Shown here: positions 23,278 to 34,234 of the stretch, piece after piece
Layout: each line of letters begins with the position of its first letter
Position numbering within the stretch: position 1 is the first letter of the stretch
Source of the DNA: a virus
DNA: 64,000 nucleotides
Reading direction: 5' to 3' (one strand)
IMG/VR virus record: IMGVR_UViG_3300020156_000002
Span: 1-64,000 of that record
Notes under the pieces: generated by a model
Told to the model about the DNA's origin: nothing
Database searches by the model: none
What the model saw: only the letters and a program-made list of their open reading frames with translations
Program-made: the position numbers and the translations under genes

Positions 23278-24534
23278 ATGAAGGACGATAAAGCTTTAAG
23301 AAGAATACTACAAGAAAAAATAGCAATTATAAATAATAAACTATCTAAACCTGTACGTAAAGATATAGAAAAGGTTATGTTTGACAAATTTAATGTTCAA
23401 TCTGCCAGAGTATTAGATATCTTTAATGGGTTTGAACCATTAGAATCTACACCATATCATATGTTATATAAATTAACAGTTTCATTCAAAGAAGTTGGCG
23501 AAAGTCGTGGAGAATTTGATTATTCTGATTTGAATATTGAAAATTATTTTTATGAAAATGAAATACCGGAATATTCAAAGCCAATACCTAAAAAAGATGA
23601 AGATATAGATGTTATATTTGACGATTGGCATCAAACCAATATCGGTGTTTATTCATATATAGATATTCACACTAATATAGATTATGTAATGCAGCTATAT
23701 AATTATAATAAATTAAGATTTAATCCAGACGTGCAAAGAGATTTAATTGTAATAGAAACAGACGGTATGCCAATTTATAAATTAGATATAAATGAAAAAG
23801 CAATTAATGATATGCAAAAAGCTATGTTAGATGGTTCCTATTTTCCTGTGCCGGGGACAATAGTGATTAATCCAGAGCTATATGATGAATATCCTATTAA
23901 AACTAAAAATGGGAAATTATATATAGATAGAAAATTTAAAATGGATTTAGCTGAAGGTTTTCATAACTACTTAGCTTATATAGAAGCAAAGAGGAAAGAA
24001 AAGGATTGGCAGTATCCTTGTGATTTTAGATTATATGTTATGAATAATGAAGATGCAAACAGATACATTTTGCAAATGGATAAGAAGAATCATTTTAGCG
24101 AAGCACAAACTACAAGAATAGATACTGTAAATGGTGTGAATTATTTTATTAAGAATCTTAATACATCAAGTAAATTCAATTTACGTGGAACTATAGATGA
24201 TAATATGAGACTATATCTATTTAAATTAATATCAAGACTTTATGACATAGAAAAGATACCTAATGCTGCTAAAACATTGTCTCCTGTTATTTCAAAATTA
24301 AATTATGTTATAATGGAAACTGATCATTTTAATAGTAGTTTTACTAAAGAAGAATGGTTTATATATTTATATCTAATTAAACAATCAATGGATAAAGAAC
24401 TTGAATTTGAAGAATTGTTTAATTCTATAAAGGGTAACGAATTATTAGAAGAAATTAAATTTAAAAACGAACCGGTTAGCAAACATTATAAAATTTTAAA
24501 TAATTTGATTAGTGAGGTGAAACACAATGTTTAG
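23278..24534 (+). CDS. SPbeta YopQ-like DndB/ParB-related (DGQHR-type) protein
   Basis: FNPDVQR...MLDGSYFP..IVIN...AEGFHN (DGQHR-like); directly upstream of the MrpR-like gene; promoter TTGACA-17-TATTGT at 23228-23256. Confidence 0.6.
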   Translation: MKDDKALRRILQEKIAIINNKLSKPVRKDIEKVMFDKFNVQSARVLDIFNGFEPLESTPYHMLYKLTVSFKEVGESRGEFDYSDLNIENYFYENEIPEYSKPIPKKDEDIDVIFDDWHQTNIGVYSYIDIHTNIDYVMQLYNYNKLRFNPDVQRDLIVIETDGMPIYKLDINEKAINDMQKAMLDGSYFPVPGTIVINPELYDEYPIKTKNGKLYIDRKFKMDLAEGFHNYLAYIEAKRKEKDWQYPCDFRLYVMNNEDANRYILQMDKKNHFSEAQTTRIDTVNGVNYFIKNLNTSSKFNLRGTIDDNMRLYLFKLISRLYDIEKIPNAAKTLSPVISKLNYVIMETDHFNSSFTKEEWFIYLYLIKQSMDKELEFEELFNSIKGNELLEEIKFKNEPVSKHYKILNNLISEVKHNV

Positions 24535-25516
24535 AGATGAACAGAAAATGAGATATCTTGAAAGCGAAGCTTTTAGATACGAAGATGGTTCAAAATTAGT
24601 AGCTAAAAGAATTTTTGATACTGTATCAGAAACAGAACGCCAAAAATGTAAAGACTTATCTGAATTCAATAAATTACAGGTTATTGATTTATTAAAAAGT
24701 GTAAACTCAAAATCAAAATACTATTTAAGATTAGTATCAAAGGTTTGTTTTGAATATACAAATTGGCAAAAAGTTCAAGGGGCAATAGATAAAAGTAGTG
24801 TAAATTACTATGATTATAGTATTACTAAGGATATTATTGACGAATTAGTACCATTAAGTATGGTTGAAGATAAATATTTTACCAAAGAATATGTACTTGA
24901 TATCGTTAATAACAAAATAAAAGATGCAGTAAATAAATTTTTAGTATATGCACCATTTTGTGGGGTTTGTAATTTAGAATGTGAAGATTTGAGATATTTG
25001 AAATATTCAGATATTGATGAAGATGAAAAAACAGTTCATTTAAAATCAGGTATTACAGTTAGAGTTGATGATTTATTTATAAAACTAGCGAGAGAAGCAA
25101 ATAGTGTTACAGAGTATATGCCAGAAGGAAAATCAGAGCTTGGTAAAGTTAGGAATGATAAATTGTATCTATATGCAAACAGCGAATATATTGTTAGATC
25201 AACAGGAGGAGAAGACAAGAATAATCAAGCTGTAGGTTATCAATTTGTTTCTTTAAGATACAGATTTATTCAACAACAAGTTGAAAATAAATTTGTTATT
25301 CCTAAAAATTTATATAAAAATGGTCTAATTAACTATATTAAAGAAAGGTTTGAAGAGCAAGGAGTAACTTTGCGACAAGCATTCTTTGAAAAAGCCGATA
25401 AATTAAATTATACTTATACAAAAGATTTAAAAAAGTATATCGAAGAGTATGGGTCTAATATAAATGAAAGACAAATAAGGCTTGAAATGAAAGAAATAAT
25501 AAGTTTATATGAATAA
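24527..25516 (+). CDS. MrpR/YopR-like lysogeny master repressor (degenerate tyrosine-recombinase fold)
   Basis: N-terminus MF...K.RYL...IF......E....KDLSEF...Q...L resembles SPbeta YopR as recalled; no HxxR/H/Y catalytic motifs; synteny with the YopQ-like gene. Confidence 0.7.
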   Translation: MFRDEQKMRYLESEAFRYEDGSKLVAKRIFDTVSETERQKCKDLSEFNKLQVIDLLKSVNSKSKYYLRLVSKVCFEYTNWQKVQGAIDKSSVNYYDYSITKDIIDELVPLSMVEDKYFTKEYVLDIVNNKIKDAVNKFLVYAPFCGVCNLECEDLRYLKYSDIDEDEKTVHLKSGITVRVDDLFIKLAREANSVTEYMPEGKSELGKVRNDKLYLYANSEYIVRSTGGEDKNNQAVGYQFVSLRYRFIQQQVENKFVIPKNLYKNGLINYIKERFEEQGVTLRQAFFEKADKLNYTYTKDLKKYIEEYGSNINERQIRLEMKEIISLYE

Positions 25517-25520
25517 GTTG

Positions 25521-25542
25521 TTGGGTGGTTAAATCCACCCAA
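25521..25542 (+). terminator. hairpin after the MrpR-like gene
   Basis: TTGGGTGG-TTAAAT-CCACCCAA. Confidence 0.6.
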
Positions 25543-25614
25543 TATAAATCATCTAATAGTAACAATAATATACAGAAGAAAAGAAAAGTTTCACAAAATT
25601 CACACTAATATTCC

Positions 25615-25669
25615 TTGTAAAATTATTTTCAGTGTAATATAATATTAAAAAACAAAGAACAAATGTTCG
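25615..25669 (+). promoter_or_regulatory. sigma-A promoter with LexA/DinR SOS box
   Basis: TTGTAA 25615, 17 bp, TATAAT 25638; AGAACAAATGTTCG 25656-25669 matches the Firmicute consensus CGAACRNRYGTTCG. Confidence 0.7.
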
Positions 25670-25695
25670 ATTTTTTTGAGGGAGGATTTGCTATT

Positions 25696-25995
25696 ATGGA
25701 AGAACTATTTATGAAGTTAATCGAAACTATAGACAATAACACATGGATGCGCGGTATTGATACATATAATTTTTGTGAAGTTAACAGAGATGGTTTAAAA
25801 CGACAATATAGTACAACAATGTCAATGATTATTATTGATAACGATACTGTTATGTTTATTGATTCTGATGATGATATAACAAAATTCTTTTTGCTATCAT
25901 CAGTAAAAGATATTATATTCAATGCCGATGAGAAAGATGGGTATAAGATTTTGTTTGTCAATGGGAGTTATATGATCTTCGCTCCTTTAAGCTAA
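25696..25995 (+). CDS. hypothetical protein under putative SOS control
   Basis: RBS GGAGGA before ATG 25696; followed by terminator hairpin AAAGCAGTC/GGCTGCTTT. Confidence 0.65.
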   Translation: MEELFMKLIETIDNNTWMRGIDTYNFCEVNRDGLKRQYSTTMSMIIIDNDTVMFIDSDDDITKFFLLSSVKDIIFNADEKDGYKILFVNGSYMIFAPLS

Positions 25996-26329
25996 GACGG
26001 AAAGCAGTCTAAATAAGGCTGCTTTATCTAAAATTTAAATAGTAAAAATAATAAACAACATATTGACATATAGATATGAGTGTGATAAAATTAATAATGC
26101 AAGGAGGATGGAGATGAATAATACAGGATGACAGATAGAGAAATACAAATAATTAGGGCATTTATAAAACACAATAATAAACTAATATATAAACTAAAGA
26201 ATAATAAGGGTGAAGATTCTATTAATAAGATTGTAAAAACAAAATATTAAAGTGTATGAAAAGCAATTAGAAGAAGAATAGTAAAATAATAACATATTTA
26301 ATTATGGGATTACATGGAAGGAGGGAAAT

Positions 26330-27304
26330 ATGGATAAGCAATATGTATTAACCGATGGCAAGAATTATATATCATATGTTAAAACTGGTATAACAGTTGT
26401 TGGGAATAAATCTAAGGCAAAGAAATTTACATTAGAAAAAGCAAATAATATGATAAAAAGCTTACCTAAAACACTTAAAAAATTTGAATTTAAGGTTGAA
26501 GAGTATGTTGAAGATGAAGAAATAAAACCTACAAAACGTGACGAAGTGTTTGAAAAGATGCAGGAAGATGATAAAAGATTTGAAGGAATTATGTCTAATA
26601 TATTAGACAGGATGATGAATTTTGAACAATACATTAAAGACTTAAAAGAGTATGATAGATATATTGATGTTCAGTTTGAAGTTTTAAAGAGGGCATTAAG
26701 AGATGCAGAACATAAATTTGAAACCGAAAATTTAGATATGTATACAAGTTGGAAGGTCGGCAAAGATATTCAAAAAATCCAACAACGTAGAAGAAAATTA
26801 AAAGTAGACCAGGATAAAATACATTACATATTAGAAAGAAACTTTGTAGATTGCACAACTAGCATGATTAGCAATTATATCAAAGAAAGAGAAACTGATG
26901 AGCCTACTTACATGGCAAGGTATTTAGATTATTTATATGAATAAATGAGTAAATTGATTGGATTAATAAAGGAGAATATTATGAAATTTAGAGATTTTAT
27001 AAGCCTTACAGATGATGAGATTAAATTTATTGTTCATGAAATTTTTAATGCTGAAAAGATAGAAAATATCAATAGAGATGAAGAGTGGAAAGAGATTGCG
27101 TGTGATATTACAACTGGTGGATGGGAAGATGGAGACGAAATGTTTTCTGTAACTGACACGCTTACTCTTAAAATGCCTACATTGACTAATTGCGGTATTC
27201 AGGTTGATTTTTCTATTAATGCTGATGACATTAAAAAGTGGAGACAATTTTGTTTAGCTAAAGGCTGTAACGATTTGTTAAAAGAAAATCCATATTTAGA
27301 ATAA
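26330..27304 (+). other. hypothetical CDSs 26330-26944 (coiled-coil) and 26945-27304
   Basis: ORFs with RBS; promoter TTGACA-17-TAAAAT at 26063-26091. Confidence 0.7.
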
Positions 27305-27727
27305 ACCTGATCAAACAAATTTATTAATAGTTATAAAAGGAGAATTGTACACATGTCAGATACACTATATGCAGAATATATAATGGAATTTAAAAGAGAA
27401 CAAAGAGGATTAAAACCAGATGATAAGTCTCAGGATGAAGAGATAATTAAAGAGTTGCAAGCTGGTGAAAAATTATCAAAATCCAAACATATGAGTTAAT
27501 GCTTTACTCTGAATTAGAAAGGACGACAATATGCAAGAAACTATATCATTAATATTATTGATTATTTTAAGTACCATCATATCAGTAGTTTATATCAAAG
27601 GCATATATTGTGAGTCAAAACGATGGTTGAAAACACATAAAAAAAAAGAGATATAAAAAGTAAATAAACACAAGAATTGATGATAAATAAGTAAACAATA
27701 TGAAACGTAAACAGAAAGGAAGATTAG

Positions 27728-28462
27728 ATGGATAATGAAATTATTTTAAAAGAAATTGAAGGAAAGGTAAGAGTTAGCAGTAGAGAAGTAGCAGAAAGGT
27801 TTGAAAAACAACATAAGCACGTATTAGATAAGATTGAGTTAGCAATTAAGAACTTTAACTCAGCCGAAAAATCGGCTCAGTACTTCTTACTTGATAATTA
27901 TAATGATTCAAGTGGAAAATCAAATAAAGAATACTTATTAACTAGAGACGGATTTTCATTGATAGTTATGAGTTTTACAGGTGATAAAGCTTTTGAATGG
28001 AAGATCAAATACATAGATGCATTTAATAAGATGGAAGAACAGTTAAAATCTCAGAATAAAGCGTTGCCTACTACATACAAAGAAGCATTAATTCAGTTAC
28101 TTGAAACGGTAGAAAAGAATGAACAACTTGAAGAAGAGAGAAAGGTACTATTACCAAAAGCAAGTTATCATGATGAAGTATTGAATAAGGAAGGATTAAT
28201 TACTACTACAATTATAGCTAAAGACTTAGGATTAACAAGTGCTGCTAAACTTAATCAAGTTATGTATATGAATAAAATTATTTATAAGAAAGCTGATGGA
28301 ACGTGGTGTCCCTATGCTGAATATGAGTGGCTAATTACTGAAGAATACGCAGACTACAAGAGTTATGAAAAAGAGCATAGTAAACCATGTCTGAAATGGA
28401 CTGAAAGGGGTAGACAATGGATTGTAAACAACTATAATGAGTGGGTTCAAAAAGTAGCATAA
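27728..28462 (+). CDS. Rha-family regulator with KilAC antirepressor C-terminus
   Basis: SSREVAERFEKQHKHVL...YLLTRDGF...FTG...WKIKYIDAFNKME; C-terminal LPTTYKEAL...IAKDLG...WTERGR. Confidence 0.85.
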   Translation: MDNEIILKEIEGKVRVSSREVAERFEKQHKHVLDKIELAIKNFNSAEKSAQYFLLDNYNDSSGKSNKEYLLTRDGFSLIVMSFTGDKAFEWKIKYIDAFNKMEEQLKSQNKALPTTYKEALIQLLETVEKNEQLEEERKVLLPKASYHDEVLNKEGLITTTIIAKDLGLTSAAKLNQVMYMNKIIYKKADGTWCPYAEYEWLITEEYADYKSYEKEHSKPCLKWTERGRQWIVNNYNEWVQKVA

Positions 28463-28718
28463 TACATAATGAGTTAATAAAACTATACATTGATAGGGAA
28501 ATGAAAGGAGAAAAGGTATGACAGATATACAGTGTGATAATAATTATTGCAATAATAGAAATGAATCTGGCTTTTGTTCATTAGGATATGTTGAAATAGC
28601 TTGTGGATTATGTCAATCATTTGAAGAAAACGATGAAGATGAAGAAACTGAATAGTAAATAAAATTGTGTTTTGATTTGATTAAAGAAAAAACATATAAC
28701 ACAAATGAAAGGAGAATA

Positions 28719-29315
28719 ATGATAGAAGTTGAAGAAGTTTGGAAGCCTGTAGTATATGAGAATTTTAAAAATTATTATGAAGTATCAAATTATGGAAATG
28801 TGAAAAGTAAAGAAAGAGATGTGTGGCATCCAAGGTCAGACTTAGATAGTGGTGGATTTTATATGCATCTAAAAGAAAGAATATTAAGACCGTGTATATC
28901 TAATAATAAAACTGGATATCCAACAGTTGTCTTAAACAGAGAAAGTAAAACGTACAACATAGCAATACATATATTGGTTTATACATCTTTCGTCGGAGAG
29001 ATACCGAAAGGAATGACAATTAATCATAAAGACGGAAATAAAGAAAATACTTTTATTGATAACTTAGAATTAATTACATATGGAGAGAATATAAAACATG
29101 CTGTCGATGTATTAAAGGTTAATACAAGTAAACCCCGTTGTAATTTTTACATAAATAATTTATATAATGATGAAAAATTAAAGTTTGATAACGCAGTTGC
29201 TGCTGGAAAACACTTTAATGTATCACCAGTAACAATAAAAGGATATGCTACAGGATTATTTAAAGGGAATTTAAAAGGTGAATATGAAGTTATAAGAGTT
29301 ATCAAAAGCCAATAA
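28719..29315 (+). CDS. NUMOD4-HNH homing endonuclease
   Basis: EVWKPV..YEVSNYGNVKS (NUMOD4); HILVY...INHKDGNKENT..NLELIT..ENIKH (HNH); RBS before 28719. Confidence 0.85.
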   Translation: MIEVEEVWKPVVYENFKNYYEVSNYGNVKSKERDVWHPRSDLDSGGFYMHLKERILRPCISNNKTGYPTVVLNRESKTYNIAIHILVYTSFVGEIPKGMTINHKDGNKENTFIDNLELITYGENIKHAVDVLKVNTSKPRCNFYINNLYNDEKLKFDNAVAAGKHFNVSPVTIKGYATGLFKGNLKGEYEVIRVIKSQ

Positions 29316-29377
29316 GTTACGAATTCTGTTTGCTAATTTCAAAAATAATAATAAACAAGAAGGGATGATGAATTATA

Positions 29378-30193
29378 TTGAATAATGAGTTAAAAGTAAC
29401 GGGTAGTAAAAATTTTATGGGAATACAGATTCCAATTATTGAAGGTGGATTTGGAGAAGATAAGAGAATTGTAACTGGTAAAACAATATCAGAAATACAT
29501 AATTTAGAACTAAAGGAAGTAACAAAATCTATAAACAGACTAATAGAAAAGAAAAGGTTAAAAGAAAACGTTGATTATGTTGATGTAAAGTCACAGGTAA
29601 ACAGTTTACCTATGGATATTGAAAGTGTTTTTGGTATTAAACCAGAGTATTTATCAAGAACAAGAAACATGTTTATACTTTCTGAAAGAGGATACACTAA
29701 ACTAATTAAAGCGATGGACGATGATACTTCGTGGGATATTATGGATCAATTTATTGATGAATACTTCACTATGCGTCAGGTAATTCAAGAAACGATTAAA
29801 GCTGAAGACTTAGTATTATTAAAAATCTGTAAATCAAAATCTCCAGAAGAAACAGCATTAGCAATTAAAGAATATCATAACATCGTTACGCAACCACTAA
29901 TTGAAACAATTGAAAAACAGAAACCTAGTGTAGCATTAGCTGAATTAAGAATTGATAAGAAAGGTTGTTATAGTCTTACTGATGTGACTAAAGCATTAGA
30001 GTTAAAGCGTGGTCAAATTACTAAGTGGGCTAAAGCTAACGAGTATATACATAAAAAGATTCAAGAAGTGAATAAAGCCGGAGAGAAATTTTTCAAGGTT
30101 TATTCTTCAGATGGAGTACATAATAGTATCGGAATTAAGGAAGATGGGCTACAAGAAATCAATAATAGGTTAGAAGAGATTAAAGCTTATTAA
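29378..30193 (+). CDS. ORF6N-domain antirepressor-like protein
   Basis: IPIIEGGFGEDKR...ISEIH...LSERGYTKLIKAMDDD motif. Confidence 0.75.
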   Translation: MNNELKVTGSKNFMGIQIPIIEGGFGEDKRIVTGKTISEIHNLELKEVTKSINRLIEKKRLKENVDYVDVKSQVNSLPMDIESVFGIKPEYLSRTRNMFILSERGYTKLIKAMDDDTSWDIMDQFIDEYFTMRQVIQETIKAEDLVLLKICKSKSPEETALAIKEYHNIVTQPLIETIEKQKPSVALAELRIDKKGCYSLTDVTKALELKRGQITKWAKANEYIHKKIQEVNKAGEKFFKVYSSDGVHNSIGIKEDGLQEINNRLEEIKAY

Positions 30194-30226
30194 TGAATAA
30201 TAATATACAATGAAAGGATAATATAA

Positions 30227-30493
30227 ATGAAAAAGATATTGATTATATTATTAATAATGGCTGTTTTGGCATTTGGATTAACAGGATGTGATTCTAATAT
30301 TATAGATATGGATAAGGTGATAAAGTCGCCAGATACAAAAATTATGGATTTTGAAGTTTTAGATAATAATTATTATGGAGCAATATTAGTAGATAAGAAT
30401 ACTGGAGTTATGTATTATTGGATTACTGCTAACGCAGGTGGTATTACTCCAATATTAAATAGTGACGGAACACCTAAGTTATATGATAAATAG
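30227..30493 (+). CDS. small lipoprotein
   Basis: Signal peptide with lipobox LTGC; VDKNTGVMY..GGITPILNSDGTP motif common in phage lipoproteins. Confidence 0.75.
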   Translation: MKKILIILLIMAVLAFGLTGCDSNIIDMDKVIKSPDTKIMDFEVLDNNYYGAILVDKNTGVMYYWITANAGGITPILNSDGTPKLYDK

Positions 30494-30536
30494 TAGAAAA
30501 AATATAATATTGATTAACTTTAAGAAAGGAGAAAGA

Positions 30537-31040
30537 ATGTTAGATTTGGCTATTAAATATGAAACAAAGCTTCAAGAACTATTTTCAAATGTAGCACTTG
30601 ATGAAAAGTATATGTTTTTCTCTGGATGTTCATATAGAGATAAATATAAAGCTGATGAGAGCACATGGAATAAACATGAATTTGTAAGTTTGGATGGTAA
30701 AGGAGAAGTGCTTGGATATATCAAATACAGTATAGACCGTGAATCGTCTGTGGCAAATTCATTACAAATAATTAATTTCTCTAATAATAGAGTGACATTT
30801 GGAAGAGATGTAATGCAAGCATTAGATGAAGTATTTACAAAGTTTAAGTTTAGAAAAATGAGATATAGCGTTTATGTAGGAAATCCTATAGAAAATACAT
30901 ACGACAGATTAACAGAAAAATACGGTGGTAGGATTGTTGGTATCCAAATTCAAGATGATAAATTATTAGATGGTAATTTCTATGATTTTAAATCCTATGA
31001 GATATTTAGAGAAGATTATCTAAAAAATAAGTCCAAATAA
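30537..31040 (+). CDS. GNAT (RimJ/RimL-like) acetyltransferase-fold protein
   Basis: GEVLGYI...FKFRKMRYSVYVGNP...YDRL..KYGG..VG......LDGNFYD...YEIFREDY pattern. Confidence 0.6.
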   Translation: MLDLAIKYETKLQELFSNVALDEKYMFFSGCSYRDKYKADESTWNKHEFVSLDGKGEVLGYIKYSIDRESSVANSLQIINFSNNRVTFGRDVMQALDEVFTKFKFRKMRYSVYVGNPIENTYDRLTEKYGGRIVGIQIQDDKLLDGNFYDFKSYEIFREDYLKNKSK

Positions 31041-31062
31041 ATGAAGAGTTTTAAACAAATAT

Positions 31063-31230
31063 TTAGCGATATTTATCAATTATTTTTAAATTCAATAATA
31101 TGTTGAATAGAATACATAGTATAAAAGATAATGCTATATTTGCTTTTATTATTTTAATAAATATTATAAATATAGTTACTATAGCAATATCTTTAGCTAT
31201 CATTGTTAATTCAAGTTTTTTATTATCCAT
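31063..31230 (-). CDS. 55-aa two-TM membrane protein, antisense-oriented moron
   Basis: RBS GAGG; MDNKKLELTMIAKDIAIVTIFIIFIKIIKANIALSFILCILFNILLNLKIIDKYR; read manually, below the track cutoff. Confidence 0.55.
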   Translation of the reverse strand: MDNKKLELTMIAKDIAIVTIFIIFIKIIKANIALSFILCILFNILLNLKIIDKYR

Positions 31231-31367
31231 ATTGAACCTCATTTTTATTTTTTATAATATATATGCTTATTTTTAAAAAAATATTATATAAAATTTATTC
31301 TGTTTTAATTAACATACTTAATGGAAGACCCTGGAATGAAAACCAATTATAGAAAGGTGAAATTATT

Positions 31368-33110
31368 ATGGTTGAATTTTTAACTGATATTAAAGGAGAA
31401 GATTTTTCTTATGAAAAAGGAAAACGATATGTTGCGATGACTGATTTATTAGAACCGGATTTGAAAGATAAAATATTTGTTAGGCAGCCTAATAGTCCAA
31501 AGAAACAAAATTGGTGGACTGAGTTTGCTAGATCCGCTGATGGTGATGTATTTAGAGTACTGAAAGATGAAGAATTGAATTGGTTAGAACGTAGGGAAGA
31601 AGATATATTATTACAATTGTAAATTACATAAGGAGAATAAGATGGAAGAATTATTAGAGTTTTTGAATAAGAGAGTAGAACATCTAAGAAGATTCGGAGA
31701 AGATAAAGATGATGAACCAGATGGAGATACAATTTTCAATTTAGGCGTTGAAGATGGAAGATTCAAAGAGGCTGTCTTCATCAGAGATAAAATTAACAAG
31801 ATGATATTAAAATAAATGTAACAACTTATTGGAAAAGGAGATGATTACTATTATTGAAACTATCAGAATTAATGACAAATATACAATTGAAATAGGAACT
31901 AAAAATTTTAATGATTACATATTCAGAGCATTGAGATATGATGAACCTTGGATTGACAATTTATCGGTGGTAGATGGTAGCAATATGATTTTAGACATGG
32001 CGCTTGAAATACAAGGGTTGAGAAGAAAATTAGCAGATTATAAGGTCAAGGAGTATTGTAAATCGATGTTAAAAGTGACAAGCAATTAGAAATTTGAAGT
32101 GGTTATTAGGAAAGGAGAATGAAAGATGCAAATAGAGTTTTATGTAATGAAGTCCATATCAGGAAGGATTGATTATGTTTCTGTTAATAATCAATGCGAC
32201 AAAGAATATATGGAGGAATATGGATATAAAAGAATAGGTATTCTTACTCTTGATAATCCAGTAAATAGTGATGCGGAATGCAAAAATTTAATGAGTCATG
32301 GAAACTAAATAAATCGATATTCTATTTAGAAAGAAGGTGAAACAATGAGTGAAATATTTTTGAATACTATAAATGCAAAAGATTGTCTTTATACTGAAGC
32401 TGTAGATAGCGTAATTACTGAAGATATGACTTACGGATATGGGGATGAAATATATAAAGTAACAAGACTAGAAATTTTGAATGGTGGCACAATCAATCTA
32501 TATGGTACTAAGTTAGAAAAGTAGGATAAATCAAGTGTTTGGTGTTCTTTTAGAAGGAGAAAAATAAGAAATGAATAGATTTTTTGGGATGATGCCAAGT
32601 GAGTGCATAGAAATTAGTAAATCTTATAAAGATGAAAATGGTTTAAGGATACACATTGATGCAGGGAAAGAAGGATATACAGTTAGATATGCAGACTGTT
32701 CTTCAGAATATGCTGATATTAACGCAACCGCAGAAGATAATTTTAAGTCAGCTTATAATATTGCTAGTTCACATTTTAAGTTGACAGAAGTTAATACAGA
32801 GAATTGTGGAGAATGTGAAAGATAAAAGCACTTAAAACGAGTCTTTGCTTGGGTTATTAGAAAGGAGAAAGTAATGTATTATTTAAGATTAGTAAATGAA
32901 AATGGAGACAGAGCAGTTTATAAGCACCATGATTTTTCAAGATTCTATAGAGGATCATTTTATGGGCTAAAAGAAAAATATCAAGGCATGAAAGTATATA
33001 CCTGCAAGACTCTAAAGAAGATTTTAGAGTTAAGAGAAACAACATATAACTATTCTAATGAGTGGTTTGATGTATATGATGAAAATGGCAAGGTGGAATT
33101 GTCATTATAA
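31368..33110 (+). other. small hypothetical CDS array (31368-31622, 31829-32089, 32126-32308, 32571-32825, 32874-33110 and others)
   Basis: RBS-preceded ORFs with palindromes at several junctions. Confidence 0.65.
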
Positions 33111-33345
33111 AATGAGCCTTTGATAGGCTTTGAAAGGAGATTATTAGTGAGTAAAAAGGTAAAATGTTTAAATTGTGACCAGGGTATGAGATTTGCTTAC
33201 CATGTAAAAATATTTAGACAAGAAAAAAATACATAACTAACAATATTGTACTCATTATAGAGAGGCTGATAATGCACAAAAAATTTTAATAGTGAAGAAT
33301 GGTACAATGATAGTGTTAATAAAATAATCAAAGGCGAGAAGTAAA

Positions 33346-33960
33346 TTATGTTTTAGATTTAATTTTTATTGTATCGAAAGAGTTGTTGGCACGTCTACGC
33401 ATTTCATTTATAAAATGAGTCAAATAAATGCATAACAATTCTGACGTGTATAAAGAATCATTTAAAGCATTGTGAAGTTTTGTAGTTTCATGAACAATAA
33501 TGTTGTGTTCTTCTAAAACCTTTGACAAAGCTGGCTGCGAAGTTAAATTATACAAATTCATATAACTACGTTGCAAATCAAATAATAATATTTTTTCTTT
33601 GTCAAAAATTCGAGACTTATTGTACAAATCATTAATTCTGTTATTTAAAATAATGTGATCATATTTGCTCCAAGAACAATATATAGGATTCTTAAATTTA
33701 GAAGACCATTTGAAAAATTTAAAAAGTCCAATATTGTGCGGAACACCAGAATAAAAATATTGTTCATCCATTTTTGTTAAAATTTTAGCTCGATTATTAT
33801 ATTTATATCGCATAGGTTTGCATTTTATAAAGAATTTTTCAAGAATTTCTCCATCTTTATTAAGAGCGACTGCACCAATTTCCAATATATCTAGCGTTTT
33901 GGGTATATACATTATGAATTCTAAATCAAAAACTATGATAGTGTTTTTAAATGGCTTCAT
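33346..33960 (-). CDS. DEDDh 3'-5' exonuclease (ERI1/KapD-like), antisense-oriented
   Basis: ExoI VFDLEF, EIGAV, ExoII WSKYD, ExoIII HNALNDS; RBS GGAGGAG before ATG 33960. Confidence 0.85.
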   Translation of the reverse strand: MKPFKNTIIVFDLEFIMYIPKTLDILEIGAVALNKDGEILEKFFIKCKPMRYKYNNRAKILTKMDEQYFYSGVPHNIGLFKFFKWSSKFKNPIYCSWSKYDHIILNNRINDLYNKSRIFDKEKILLFDLQRSYMNLYNLTSQPALSKVLEEHNIIVHETTKLHNALNDSLYTSELLCIYLTHFINEMRRRANNSFDTIKIKSKT

Positions 33961-34234
33961 GTCATCTCCTCCTAACACATTTTATGTGTCATAACTATAA
34001 TATAGCACATAATTAAAAGCAACAAATATCATTTAATTTGTTTAATTAGAAGAAAAGGAGTTAAAGAACATTTTATCGTAATTATTAAAAACAAAGCCTG
34101 TTAAGATTCATAAAAATTTATTATTTGTAATAATTACATTATTATAATAAATAGGTGACAGGCATTCATTTTGATTAAGTAGGATTATTCCATAATATAA
34201 AGTTATTACACATAAAAATAAATTATTTTGAAAG

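Noticed and set aside
24527-25516. Second active integrase
   Set aside because: Catalytic HxxR/H/Y motifs are absent; it fits an MrpR-type repressor better.
22500-26300. Arbitrium aimR/aimP locus
   Set aside because: No HTH-TPR receptor or signal-peptide-bearing propeptide gene was recognised.
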